A stretch of DNA of 45,665 nucleotides from Planctomycetota bacterium (lineage in GTDB: Bacteria; Planctomycetota; UBA8108; UBA1146), in NCBI GenBank assembly GCA_050256555.1, contig JBBWWC010000067.1:1-45665 (forward strand), given 5' to 3'. This document shows, in pieces, positions 1-8,626 of the stretch. The translations under genes were made by a program, and so were the position numbers. Under the pieces are notes generated by a model. That model was not told where the DNA came from and did no database searches. It saw only the letters and a list, made by a program, of their open reading frames with translations. The first letter of the stretch is position 1, and every line of letters begins with the position of its first letter.

Positions 1-2286
1 TTCCACCGCAGCCATACCACCAGATCCCTCAGGGCGACCTTCGAGGAAGGTATCGATCTCTTGAGAAAATTGCGGTTTCGATTCCTTACGAAGATGTTTC
101 ATGATCTTCCTCAGCTCCTTGTCGGAGATGAAGGTGCACTGAGATCTGACCAGGTCCGATGTATCCGGTGGTAGATAAAGCATATCGCCCATGCCCAGAA
201 GTTTTTCTCCACCCACTCGATCGAGAATCGTTCGAGAATCGATTCTGCTGGCTACCCTGAAGCAGATCCGTGCCGGTAAGTTGGCCTTGATCAAACCTGT
301 AACGACATCCACAGAAGGGCGCTGGGTCGCAAGAATCACGTGAATCCCCACTGCACGAGATTTCTGCGCCAGACGGATGATGCTGGCTTCTACATCTTTA
401 GCACTGGTCATCATCAGATCGGCCAGTTCATCGATGATAATCACGAGGCAAGGCAAGCGATCCGGGGCCTGTTCAGCTTCCTCATGGCTGGTCTTCTCAG
501 CCAATCGGTCATATCGCTCCTGCAGGTCCTGGCTGTTGTACTCCTTGAGATTACGAACTCCCGCCTTCGAAAACAGCTCGTATCGCTGATCCATTTTCCG
601 GACCAGCCAATCCAAGGCAGCGGGAGCCTTCTTCATATCTGTGATCACGGGAGTCAACAGATGAGGGATTTCCTCAAAGATGGAGAGCTCTACCATTTTC
701 GGATCGACAAGAATCAATTTCAGATCATCGGGAGAGCGCGTCATCAACAAAGACGTGATGATGGCATTAATACAAACTGACTTACCCGATCCCGTGGATC
801 CTGCGATCAACAGATGAGGCATCCGGGCCAGATCCTCAACAATCGGCTCGCCGGCGGCATCTTTGCCCAGCAAAAGCGGTATCTGGATCTCGGCATCATG
901 AAAAACACGGCTCTGAAGGATGTCGCGCAGTACTACCATCTCGCGCTGCTTGTTGGGAACTTCTATTCCGACTGTCGGCTTACCTGGAATCGGCGCCACC
1001 ACCCGTACGCTCTGTGCGGAAAGAGCCATCGCCAGATCGTCAGAAAGGCTGACAATTTTGTGGACCTTGATCCCTGCAGCAAGACTTAGCTCGTATTGAG
1101 TAATCACCGGGCCCCGCTGAACATTGGTCACCTGGGCCTCGATCTTGAAAGACTTCAGGGTTTCTTCGATGTTCGTGGCCACGAGATTTAACTCTTCCCG
1201 ACCCTCCTCATGATTCACCACCGGTGGGTCATCGAGAAATGAAGTCGGTGGCGGCGAGTAAACACCATCAAAAGTGAGCTGCTCTTCTTCGAAAGAAATC
1301 AGGGCTTCTTCACGCTGTTCGGGTCCGAGCCGGATGGTGCGCTCCATCGCAGGCTCTTCGTCCTCGTCCTCTTCCTCGTCCTCTTCTTCGTCCTCTTCTT
1401 CGTCCTCTTCTTCGTCCTCTTCCTCGTCCTCTTCTTCCTCTTCTTCCTCTTCCTCGTATTCTTCGTCTTCGGCGTATTCACCGTCTTCGTATTCTTCGTC
1501 TTCTTCTTCTTCTTCCTCGTACTCGTATTCCTCGTCCTCGTCGATCTCTTCTTCGGCATCTCCAAGGAGCAGAGCCTTTTCCTGGTCTGTCACTTCTGGA
1601 TCGGAAGAACTGGTAGCCGAACGAGTCACGCTCGCAATTTTTGAACCTGCGGCCTGACTCGCACTTCCAATCGTTCCGGCCATCTTGCGGGCCATGCCCG
1701 GGGTCTTTAATCCGACTCCTGCAACCGCACTTCCCAGAAGGGCAAGACCCACTCTCAAGAACTCAGCTACGGGCATTCCAGTGGCAAACATCAAACCCAG
1801 CACCATCGCCAGCAAAGAAAAGATCGTCGTTCCGGTAACACCAAAAACGTCAAATGCTAACGATCCGAAATACATTCCGATGATGCCCCCCCGATACTCG
1901 GATCCGGGAAGCAGCGGAATATCAGTGAATCGAAACTCAAGAAAGCAGATGGAGAGGACAAAAAGACCCAGGCCAAAAAATCGCGGCCACCACGATTCAA
2001 AACGAACCTGGAAGAGGAGCAACCCACCCCAGATCGAATAAATCACCGCTAGCAGGAAACTTGAAACAGGGCCGAAAACATCAAAGTGCAAACCCGAAAT
2101 AAAGTGGCCGAAATTACCACAAGCATTCTCAACACTACGGCCATGAGCAACGAGATACTCACTATAGAGCGCGACAAAAAAGAAACAGGTCAACGCCAGC
2201 AATGCCAGCGCACCGGCTTCCCTAGCCAGGCTCTTCGATTTCAGGTTAGCTTCCTCGCGACGACGCTGAGTACGTGTAGAACTCAT
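1..2286 (-). CDS. ftsK: DNA translocase FtsK/SpoIIIE (C-terminus lies beyond the left window edge)
   Basis: Absent from the ORF track because it runs off the window. Manual minus-strand translation from ATG 2286..2284 gives N-terminal hydrophobic segments and an acidic linker. It then gives MPHLLIAGSTGSGKSVCINAIITSLLM (Walker A, ~nt 760-840), LILVDPKMVEL, LVIIIDELADLMM and LAQKSRAVGIHVILATQRPSVDVVTGLIKANLPARICFRV. The frame stays open to nt 1. Confidence 0.9.
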   Translation of the reverse strand, partial: MSSTRTQRRREEANLKSKSLAREAGALALLALTCFFFVALYSEYLVAHGRSVENACGNFGHFISGLHFDVFGPVSSFLLAVIYSIWGGLLLFQVRFESWWPRFFGLGLFVLSICFLEFRFTDIPLLPGSEYRGGIIGMYFGSLAFDVFGVTGTTIFSLLAMVLGLMFATGMPVAEFLRVGLALLGSAVAGVGLKTPGMARKMAGTIGSASQAAGSKIASVTRSATSSSDPEVTDQEKALLLGDAEEEIDEDEEYEYEEEEEEDEEYEDGEYAEDEEYEEEEEEEEEDEEEDEEEDEEEDEEEDEEEDEDEEPAMERTIRLGPEQREEALISFEEEQLTFDGVYSPPPTSFLDDPPVVNHEEGREELNLVATNIEETLKSFKIEAQVTNVQRGPVITQYELSLAAGIKVHKIVSLSDDLAMALSAQSVRVVAPIPGKPTVGIEVPNKQREMVVLRDILQSRVFHDAEIQIPLLLGKDAAGEPIVEDLARMPHLLIAGSTGSGKSVCINAIITSLLMTRSPDDLKLILVDPKMVELSIFEEIPHLLTPVITDMKKAPAALDWLVRKMDQRYELFSKAGVRNLKEYNSQDLQERYDRLAEKTSHEEAEQAPDRLPCLVIIIDELADLMMTSAKDVEASIIRLAQKSRAVGIHVILATQRPSVDVVTGLIKANLPARICFRVASRIDSRTILDRVGGEKLLGMGDMLYLPPDTSDLVRSQCTFISDKELRKIMKHLRKESKPQFSQEIDTFLEGRPEGSGGMAAVE
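1355..1555 (-). repeat. Low-complexity GAA/GAG/GAC-rich tract encoding the poly-Asp/Glu linker of FtsK
   Basis: The plus strand reads tcctcgtcctcttcttcgtcc... with 12-nt periodicity. The minus frame reads ...EEEDEEEDEEEDEEEDEEEDEDEE. Boundaries are approximate. Confidence 0.8.
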
Positions 2287-2960
2287 CACTCCCCGTTGAA
2301 GACACAGCCGCCACGGCGAGAAGCGACTCTTGTGCCAATAAACTCGACGATCTTTTCCGCCAGATCTCGCTTCGCAACATCTGGTAACGAAAGCGCAGGT
2401 TTCCCAGACTCCAACCAGGTGTAATCCCCCATGGCCACACCCAGGTTGTCCGGTGCGTTGCAAAGTACCAGATCTAGCCGTTTGTTCACGGCCTTTCGTC
2501 GGGCTTCTTCTTCTCCCTGGTCCGTCTCGAGGGCAAATCCGACCAGAACCCTGGATCCCTTCTCATCTTCCTTCTCGACACTTCTTCCGGCCAGAACATC
2601 CGGATTCCGGATCAAACGTAGCTGCCAATCTCCAGCAGTTTTCTTACGCTTCCCTTCAATCCGCTCAGCCGGTCGATAGTCACAAACCGCAGCCGTAGCT
2701 ACCAATGCGTCAACTCTTGGCCATAAATCGACGGCAATCTTGTCCAGATCACAGGCGCTGATGAAGGGATGGAGAATCACTCCCCGAGGCGGAACGTGAG
2801 AAACAGGACCAAGAGCCAGATGAACCTCCCAGCCCGCCGAAAGAGCAGCCCTGGCGACCTCGATTCCCATCGTCCCACTGGCCCCATTACTGAGAAAACG
2901 GACCGCATCGATGGATTCTCGGGACGGTCCGGCCGTCACCAGCAGGACCGGGGGATTCAA
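2286..2960 (-). CDS. coaB: Phosphopantothenate-cysteine ligase (CoaB), encoded separately from CoaC
   Basis: VLLVTAGPSRESIDAVRFLSNGASGTMG matches the CoaB signature (TAGPT.E.IDPVR.ISN.SSGKMG). The start is TTG at 2960, overlapping the coaC TGA (TTGA). The stop TGA shares one nt with the ftsK ATG. Confidence 0.85.
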   Translation of the reverse strand: MNPPVLLVTAGPSRESIDAVRFLSNGASGTMGIEVARAALSAGWEVHLALGPVSHVPPRGVILHPFISACDLDKIAVDLWPRVDALVATAAVCDYRPAERIEGKRKKTAGDWQLRLIRNPDVLAGRSVEKEDEKGSRVLVGFALETDQGEEEARRKAVNKRLDLVLCNAPDNLGVAMGDYTWLESGKPALSLPDVAKRDLAEKIVEFIGTRVASRRGGCVFNGE

Positions 2961-3532
2961 GAAAGCTCTCGCGGTGTAACAAAACGGGAGACTACATCAT
3001 CGATCTCATCGAGATCGGCAAGACGTCCGGGCCCTGTTGATCCACAAGCCAAATGGCCAACTCCAGGTCCGACAATATGACAGCCGCGATCGGTCAAGAT
3101 TTCAACGTTCTTCTGAACCGCAGGATGTTTCCACATCCGATCATTCATCGCCGGACACAAAACAGTTGGACCGTCCCAGGCGAGGGCCGTCAGGCAAACC
3201 ACATCGTCGCCAAATCCATGCGCCAGACGCGCAAGGTGGTCTGCGCTCGCAGGAGCAATGACCAAGACATCCGCATCATCTCCAGCGCCGATGTGCTCTG
3301 GACGATCATGAGTGCCGATCGGATGCCAGATTTCAGAAATGACTTCGGACCGAGTAACCGATTCAAAGGTCAACGGTTGAACAAAGCGGCAAGCGGAGGG
3401 AGTCATACGAACCCGTACCGTTGCCCCGCGCTGAATCCAGCGAGAAGCAAGGTCTACCACCTTGTAGGCAGCAATACCTCCGGTGACACCGAGGATGATT
3501 TTACGGTTTTCCCAGTTCATAACATCGTTCAT
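2957..3532 (-). CDS. coaC: Phosphopantothenoylcysteine decarboxylase flavoprotein (CoaC)
   Basis: KIILGVTGGIAAYKVVDLASRW, LVIAPASADHLARLAHGFGDD and CPAMNDRMW are typical of the CoaC/Dfp N-terminal flavoprotein domain. Confidence 0.85.
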   Translation of the reverse strand: MNDVMNWENRKIILGVTGGIAAYKVVDLASRWIQRGATVRVRMTPSACRFVQPLTFESVTRSEVISEIWHPIGTHDRPEHIGAGDDADVLVIAPASADHLARLAHGFGDDVVCLTALAWDGPTVLCPAMNDRMWKHPAVQKNVEILTDRGCHIVGPGVGHLACGSTGPGRLADLDEIDDVVSRFVTPRELS

Positions 3533-3580
3533 CGAAGATCACGGTGCGACACGTACATTGCACGTGTCGCACCGCCTTGA

Positions 3581-3940
3581 TCATTCGCTGGTAGGATTCA
3601 GGAACTGCGAAAGTTCCTTGATCCGCTCTTCCTTGACCTTCTTCAGGTCAGAACCGTACACCTCTTTCTCATCGTCGTCGGCGCTGTCACCAGAGATTTT
3701 CCTAGCATCAGAAAGGAAATTCTTTTCGGCGACATCGAGTTCTGCAAGAACAATCTTCTCCTGCAAGATCTCCTGTATAACGATGTCTTGGAGATCGTTA
3801 GATTCGATCTCCACGAGTGGACGAGCTCCACGCTTCAGCTCCACCATACGCTTCTGCATCAAAGCAGTGAGCTGGAGCTTGCCACCTGTCTTCTCCACGA
3901 GCTGGTCTTCGACTTCAACGTCCAGCACGATAGCCTCCAT
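3581..3940 (-). CDS. rpoZ: DNA-directed RNA polymerase subunit omega
   Basis: I take the internal ATG at 3940 of ORF 3581..4111, because the longer form overlaps gmk. VEDQLVEKTGGKLQLTALMQKRMVELKRGARPLVE resembles the omega core (V..A.EK.GNRF.L...AA.RAR...). The gene lies directly downstream of gmk, a conserved arrangement. Confidence 0.75.
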   Translation of the reverse strand: MEAIVLDVEVEDQLVEKTGGKLQLTALMQKRMVELKRGARPLVEIESNDLQDIVIQEILQEKIVLAELDVAEKNFLSDARKISGDSADDDEKEVYGSDLKKVKEERIKELSQFLNPTSE

Positions 3941-3983
3941 TTCTGATCCAGCAGTCCGCAAGCGCCAGATCCTCGGTTCTTCT

Positions 3984-4607
3984 TTATTTCTCTCCCCTGC
4001 GGGCCAACTCTTCCTCGATCTTCGAGGCCACCTCCTCAACGGTTTCGTCGAGGATTTCGTTGACGACGCAGTGGTCGTATTTATCCTTCTCAGCCATCTC
4101 CAAAAGCGCATTCCGCAATCGAAGATCCATCATCTCTTTGTTTTCAACACCGCGCTTCTCGATCCGTTGCCTCAGCTCCTCTGGGCCTGGCGGCTCCAGA
4201 AAAATCTGCAGGGCGTCGACTCCGTCCTGGCGCAATTTCGCTGCACCCTGGACATCGATCAGCAACAGTACCGCTCGAGCACTACCGAGCTGTTGCTCGA
4301 TACCCTCTTGCGGGCTTCCGTAAAGATTTCCGTGCACCTCTGCGTACTCCAGAAACCCTCCTCCTTCGATACGCTTTTCAAACTCTTTGCGATCGAAGAA
4401 GTGGTAATCCACTCCATCTTTCTCCCCTGGTCGAGGAGATCTCGTGGTGGCGGTGATGGCCCGAACGAATCCAGCCTTCTCTTGCAACCCTTCGCTGACC
4501 ACGGTCTTTCCCACCCCGGAAGGTCCAGAAAGTACCACTAGGATTCCGCGCGCGGTCACAGTGCCGCCCCCTTCTATTTCTCTTGCCCCTACTGGGGGAT
4601 CACTCAT
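3984..4607 (-). CDS. gmk: Guanylate kinase
   Basis: P-loop VVLSGPSGVGKTV, then YHF.....F and GNLYG motifs. The ATG overlaps the yicC stop (ATGA). Confidence 0.95.
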   Translation of the reverse strand: MSDPPVGAREIEGGGTVTARGILVVLSGPSGVGKTVVSEGLQEKAGFVRAITATTRSPRPGEKDGVDYHFFDRKEFEKRIEGGGFLEYAEVHGNLYGSPQEGIEQQLGSARAVLLLIDVQGAAKLRQDGVDALQIFLEPPGPEELRQRIEKRGVENKEMMDLRLRNALLEMAEKDKYDHCVVNEILDETVEEVASKIEEELARRGEK

Positions 4608-5485
4608 TCGATATTCTGTGTCTGCTCACGTAGGCGATCGACCTGCACTTTGATTTCGACCACCGTATGAGCAAGGTCATGCCTGGGCAATTTCGAGGCC
4701 ATGGTGTTCGCCTCTCGAAACATCTCCTGGGTCAAGAAGTCGAGACGACGTCCCACTCTTCCCCCATCGGTGATGACTTTCCGATATTCGACGAGGTGGC
4801 CGCGCAATCGAGTCAGCTCCTCGGTGATATCTGAACGCTCGGCCTGAATGCCGATCTCGCGAGCTAGATCCTGCGCATCCAGATCTGCACCTGTCGGCTC
4901 TACCCACTGACGGATCCGCTCCTGGAAACGTTCTCCCAACCATTGCATCGCCTCGGGAAGACTCGCATCCAGCACATCGAGACTTTCCTCGATGCAGGTA
5001 AGGATCCGCTGGAACTCATCACCTAATCGGGCACCTTCGTTCTCCTGCATCTGCCGGAGCTCAACAACGGCATCTGCAAGAACTCCCAACAACAAGGCCT
5101 CGGATTCTTCATCAACCTTGTGCTCGAGACCCTCTAATCCCTGGAACTGAATCACATCGGTGATCTTCAACTCCTGACCAGGAGCAATCTCATCACGCAA
5201 AGTACAAAGTCTCTCGTAGTTCTTCTTGATCGCACTGAAACCGAAATCGTCGGCACTCTCATCGGTGTCTTCCACCTGTATCGAGATGGAAAGCGAACCT
5301 CTCTCGACCTTTTCCCTCAAGTAGGCATCGATCTGCCCCTGTAACGAAGAGAAGGCTTCAGGAAGATGGCAAGAGATCTTGAGGTATCGGTGATTCACCG
5401 ACCGCAACTCCACCTTCACGCGGATTTGTCCGGTTTCCCGGGATCCAGTTCCGAAACCAGTCATGCTTCTCAGGGAATCCGTCAA
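4604..5485 (-). CDS. yicC: YicC/YloC family stress-induced endoribonuclease-like protein
   Basis: The N-terminus RSMTGFG......V.VELRSVNHRYL and a C-terminal DUF1732-like LTRL..H...YR......GRRLDFL.QEM.RE.NT..SK are present. The TTG start at 5485 overlaps the secG stop. ATG at 5464 is an alternative start. Confidence 0.9.
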   Translation of the reverse strand: MTDSLRSMTGFGTGSRETGQIRVKVELRSVNHRYLKISCHLPEAFSSLQGQIDAYLREKVERGSLSISIQVEDTDESADDFGFSAIKKNYERLCTLRDEIAPGQELKITDVIQFQGLEGLEHKVDEESEALLLGVLADAVVELRQMQENEGARLGDEFQRILTCIEESLDVLDASLPEAMQWLGERFQERIRQWVEPTGADLDAQDLAREIGIQAERSDITEELTRLRGHLVEYRKVITDGGRVGRRLDFLTQEMFREANTMASKLPRHDLAHTVVEIKVQVDRLREQTQNIE

Positions 5486-6069
5486 TTGCCGGTGCCCCCA
5501 TTTTCATCCGGAGCGGCATCGGCTGGCGCTGCATCCGCTGGCGCTGCATCGGCTGGCGCTGCATCCGCTGGCGCTGTGTCGGCTGGCGCTGTGTCGGCTG
5601 GCGCTGTGTCGGCTGGCGCTGTATCGGCTGGCGCTGTGTCGGCTGGCGCTGTATCGGCTGGCGCTGTGTTAGCTGGCACTGTATCGGCTGGATCGGCTGG
5701 CACTGTGTTAGCTGGCACTGTGTCGGTCGGGATTCCATCGTCGAGACCGATTCCAGAATCGCCAAGCGCATCGCCAACCCCATCTTCGACAGAACCGATG
5801 GAAGTCTCGATCGGATCCGCCAGCAAACGGGAATCATCTCGCCCTTCGCGAGCCAACAAGCCCACTGCGATACAGAGCACAAAAAACGCCACGGAGAGAT
5901 ACATCGTAAAACGAGCAATACCACTGGTCGTACTCGTCCCCAGCATCTGCGACTCTCCCCCCATTCCGAAGGCACCGGAGAGTCCGGCCTGTTTTGGCTC
6001 TTGAAGCAGAATCGCAAGACCCAGAAGGACCGATACGACTCCCAGAACAATCATCAAAAAGATCACCAT
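5482..6069 (-). CDS. secG: Preprotein translocase subunit SecG with a long C-terminal pentapeptide-repeat extension
   Basis: The first ~75 aa (LLGLAILLQEPKQAGLSGAFGMGG ... FTMYLSVAFFVLCIAVGLL) match the two-TM SecG fold. The gene sits immediately downstream of tpiA, a classical arrangement. The remaining ~115 aa are acidic and Pro/Ala/Thr-rich. Confidence 0.85.
   Translation of the reverse strand: MVIFLMIVLGVVSVLLGLAILLQEPKQAGLSGAFGMGGESQMLGTSTTSGIARFTMYLSVAFFVLCIAVGLLAREGRDDSRLLADPIETSIGSVEDGVGDALGDSGIGLDDGIPTDTVPANTVPADPADTVPANTAPADTAPADTAPADTAPADTAPADTAPADTAPADAAPADAAPADAAPADAAPDENGGTGN
5515..5728 (-). repeat. 15-bp in-frame tandem repeat (about 13 units) encoding (A-P-A-D-T/A)n in the SecG tail
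   Basis: The plus strand repeats ggctggcgctgtgtc / ggctggcgctgcatc head to tail. The minus frame reads TVPADTAPADTAPADTAPAD...AAPADAAPAD. Confidence 0.9.
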
Positions 6070-6105
6070 CTCTTCACCTCATCTGCAGGGCAGGAAGCTG
6101 ACGTA

Positions 6106-6915
6106 TCACGCCGTTGCAATTCCTGCGTCCAGAATCTCCAGGAAACTCGCCGCATTCAGGCTCGCTCCCCCGACCAGGGCTCCATCGACAACATCAAGAG
6201 CCAGCAAGGTTCTCGCATTGTCCGGTTTTACACTTCCACCGTAGAGGATCGGAACATCATCCGAGGCCGATCCCTTTTTTTCCCGGAGAAGATCTCGAAG
6301 ATGCTGATGCACCTCTTCCACCTGCTCCGTAGTCGCAGTACGACCGGTTCCGATGGCCCAGACGGGCTCGTAAGCGATCGCATACCGATATTCTTCACTC
6401 CATCGGGAAAGCCCCACCTCAAGCTGGCGCGTAACCACCTCAAAGGTACGACCTTCATCCCTCTCCTCGAGCGTTTCGCCGATGCAAAGTATCGGAGTAA
6501 GGCCATTTTCTGCTGCAGCCTCAAACCGATGCGCAACACCTTCGTCCGTCTCACCAAAAAGAGTTCGTCTCTCGGAATGCCCGACCAAGGCCCAACGAGC
6601 TCCGAACTGATGAGCCAGAGACGCTCCCACTTCTCCAGTAAATGCACCTGCAGGACGGTCAGAGACTTCCTGCATCCCAATCTCGATCGCAGAAGCCTGC
6701 TCCACACCGTTTCCGATGCACTCAAGGCCTTCGCTCGACACCCACCAACCGAGCCAGGGGGCCGGCGGGAAGATGACCACCTTGACCGCCGAATTCTCAT
6801 CGGCGTTAAGATTGCGAGACATCGTACCCGCAGAGATCTCTCGCCAGAGAGATTCGCCCAGATTTCGGTCGGGATTATGTTTCCAGTTCCCCGCAATGAT
6901 GGTCGGTCTGTCCAC
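6106..6915 (-). CDS. tpiA: Triosephosphate isomerase
   Basis: Contains IIAGNWKHN, ALVGHSERR and AYEPVWAIGTGRTAT. The start is GTG, with GGAGA 5 nt upstream. Confidence 0.95.
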   Translation of the reverse strand: MDRPTIIAGNWKHNPDRNLGESLWREISAGTMSRNLNADENSAVKVVIFPPAPWLGWWVSSEGLECIGNGVEQASAIEIGMQEVSDRPAGAFTGEVGASLAHQFGARWALVGHSERRTLFGETDEGVAHRFEAAAENGLTPILCIGETLEERDEGRTFEVVTRQLEVGLSRWSEEYRYAIAYEPVWAIGTGRTATTEQVEEVHQHLRDLLREKKGSASDDVPILYGGSVKPDNARTLLALDVVDGALVGGASLNAASFLEILDAGIATA

Positions 6916-6960
6916 ACTTCTCCCCGGGCCAAACCCGATCCGGTTGTCGAGAACCGTACG

Positions 6961-6989
6961 CCCTCATAAATAGGACCGGAACAAGGTCC
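6961..6989 (-). terminator. Weak hairpin plus T-rich tail downstream of the SDR gene
   Basis: The minus strand reads GGACC-uuguucc-GGUCC followed by UAUUUAU. A second 8-bp stem lies at 6993-7000/7021-7028. The stem is short, so this is tentative. Confidence 0.3.
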
Positions 6990-7062
6990 AAATTCAGGCG
7001 CAAAGAGGGAGGTTATCAGTCGCCTGAAACTTCGTCAACCTGTTACAGCAGCTGGAGTTCCG

Positions 7063-7734
7063 TCAGGATCCAGGAACTCGCAGGGGCCGCACTTCGACTT
7101 CGCTGATGTGAGTCCCTGGAGAAGCCTCCAGGATTCCCATGACAACGCGAGAGATTTCCGCAGCATCCACTCCAGAAGCCCCCTCAGATGCAATAGAGCC
7201 GGGATGAACCAGCGAAACGCGGATTCCTTCATCTCGTAATTCGTGGAATATCGAGCGGCTCCAGCCCACCAAAGCATGTTTGGCTGCAGCATAGGCGGAT
7301 CCACCCGGAAGAGGATGAGTTCCGGAAATCGACGAAATTTGAACCAAAGTGCCGCCTCCAGACTGCCTGAGATGGGGTAAAGCAGCCATCGTGGCATGGA
7401 CAGCGCTGAGTAGATTCTGCTCGATGACCGCCCGGAATTGGTCCGGTTGGAGTTCATCAAAGCGGCTCCGTAACACTTTTCCGGCATTATTGACGAGGGC
7501 ATCGAGCCCTCCCAGTTCGTCGACCAGTTGCTCGATGGCTGCTGCGGCGGCGTCCGGATCGACCAGATCTACAGCGGTACCGGCCATCGCCACACCTTGG
7601 TCCAGGGCAGCGGAGACCGCCTCCTGATTTCTGGCCAGGATCGCCACTTGCCATCCCTGTGACGTCAGATGTTGGGCGATCGATAATCCCAGACCGCGAC
7701 TTCCACCGGTAACGATGACCCTGCGATTCAACAT
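7063..7734 (-). CDS. Short-chain dehydrogenase/reductase (SDR) family oxidoreductase
   Basis: Rossmann motif VIVTGGSRGLGLSIA, NNAG, and catalytic S...YAAAK. Confidence 0.85.
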   Translation of the reverse strand: MLNRRVIVTGGSRGLGLSIAQHLTSQGWQVAILARNQEAVSAALDQGVAMAGTAVDLVDPDAAAAAIEQLVDELGGLDALVNNAGKVLRSRFDELQPDQFRAVIEQNLLSAVHATMAALPHLRQSGGGTLVQISSISGTHPLPGGSAYAAAKHALVGWSRSIFHELRDEGIRVSLVHPGSIASEGASGVDAAEISRVVMGILEASPGTHISEVEVRPLRVPGS

Positions 7735-7813
7735 CCCACCTTTCTCTCCTGCCGATGAAGCTGCTCGTAATCCGCTGGCAGGTTACACTATCAAACTTGC
7801 AGAAAGGAGTCGG

Positions 7814-8626
7814 ATGGCTTTCCCCTTTGACCTCGGCAGCCGATCCATCATCGGTGTCGTGCATCTACAACCACTCCCCGGAAGTCCGCGCTGCAGCGAC
7901 TCCCGAAAAATCATCCAACAAAAGGCTCTCGAAGATGCCGAACGACTTCTCGAAGGCGGAATCAACGGCATCATCGTCGAGAACTTCGGCGATGCGCCTT
8001 TCCATCCGGTCAAAGTCGAGCCAAACACTGTCGCCGACATGAGCATCATCGTTTCGAGCATAGTCAAGCTTGCCGACTCTATTCCGGTCGGAGTCAACGT
8101 ACTGCGAAATGATGCTACATCAGCTCTGGCAATTGCAGCCGCTACCGGGAGTTGTTTCATTCGAGTCAATGTCCACACATCGGCCATGCTGACTGATCAA
8201 GGCTGGATTGGTGGGCAAGCCCACGAAACTCTTCGCCAGCGCCAAATCATCGATGCCGGGTCCATCTCCATCGCTGCCGATGTGGGAGTCAAACATGCCG
8301 CCAGAACAAACGACTACAACGCAAGCCAGGCAGCCATCGAAACTGTCGGACGAGGTCTTGCAGATGCGGTGATCGTGACGGGGAAATCTACAGGAGACCC
8401 TCTCGACATCGTTGAATTGCAACAAGTACGACAGGCACTTCACCAGACGGGAACTACTGCAAAGCCACTACTCGCCGGAAGTGGTGTCGATGCACAAAAT
8501 GCTGCGCAAATCCTCGAAATCGCAGATGCCGCCATCGTCGGGACCTCGCTCAAGGAAAATGGAGACGTGGGAAGACCTGTCGATGTATCGCGCGTGAAAG
8601 ATCTGATCGAAAAAGCAAACGGCTAG
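7814..8626 (+). CDS. BtpA/SgcQ family TIM-barrel protein
   Basis: IIGVVHLQPLPGSPR...ALEDAERLLEGGINGIIVENFGDAPF is the BtpA family signature. I prefer ATG 7814, which has AAGGAG at 7804-7809, over the track start at 7715. Confidence 0.8.
   Translation: MAFPFDLGSRSIIGVVHLQPLPGSPRCSDSRKIIQQKALEDAERLLEGGINGIIVENFGDAPFHPVKVEPNTVADMSIIVSSIVKLADSIPVGVNVLRNDATSALAIAAATGSCFIRVNVHTSAMLTDQGWIGGQAHETLRQRQIIDAGSISIAADVGVKHAARTNDYNASQAAIETVGRGLADAVIVTGKSTGDPLDIVELQQVRQALHQTGTTAKPLLAGSGVDAQNAAQILEIADAAIVGTSLKENGDVGRPVDVSRVKDLIEKANG

Noticed and set aside
1274-1657. Poly-Ser ORF (127 aa, +) and the Lys/Arg-rich ORF 1299..1565 (-)
   Set aside because: Both are alternative-frame or antisense shadows of the GAA/GAG/GAC-rich acidic linker of ftsK. 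Low-complexity sequence keeps every frame open.
3483-4541. 352-aa plus-strand ORF
   Set aside because: It is antisense to the well-supported rpoZ and gmk genes. It is Ser/Leu-rich with no motifs, which is typical of a shadow ORF.
5515-5728. Tandem repeats as a possible CRISPR array (also 9095-9149 and 26989-27033)
   Set aside because: The units are 15 bp and directly abutting with no spacers. They lie in frame inside coding sequences, and no cas genes are present.
5358-6050. ORFs 5358..6050 (-), 5366..6004 (+) and 5463..5672 (+) with QRQPT / AGAVS / RLALH repeats
   Set aside because: They are other reading frames of the 15-bp SecG tail repeat. Only the SecG frame has a recognisable N-terminal domain and operon-consistent start and stop overlaps.
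6001-6969. 322-aa plus-strand ORF and 234-aa minus-strand ORF 6228..6932
   Set aside because: They overlap tpiA, whose catalytic motifs are unambiguous in its own frame.
7715-7813. Extended N-termini suggested by the ORF track (btpA-like from 7715, alr from 10347, redoxin from 20884, giant gene 1 from 32784)
   Set aside because: In each case a downstream ATG has a good Shine-Dalgarno or stop-start coupling and removes an overlap with the neighbouring gene or a non-homologous leader.
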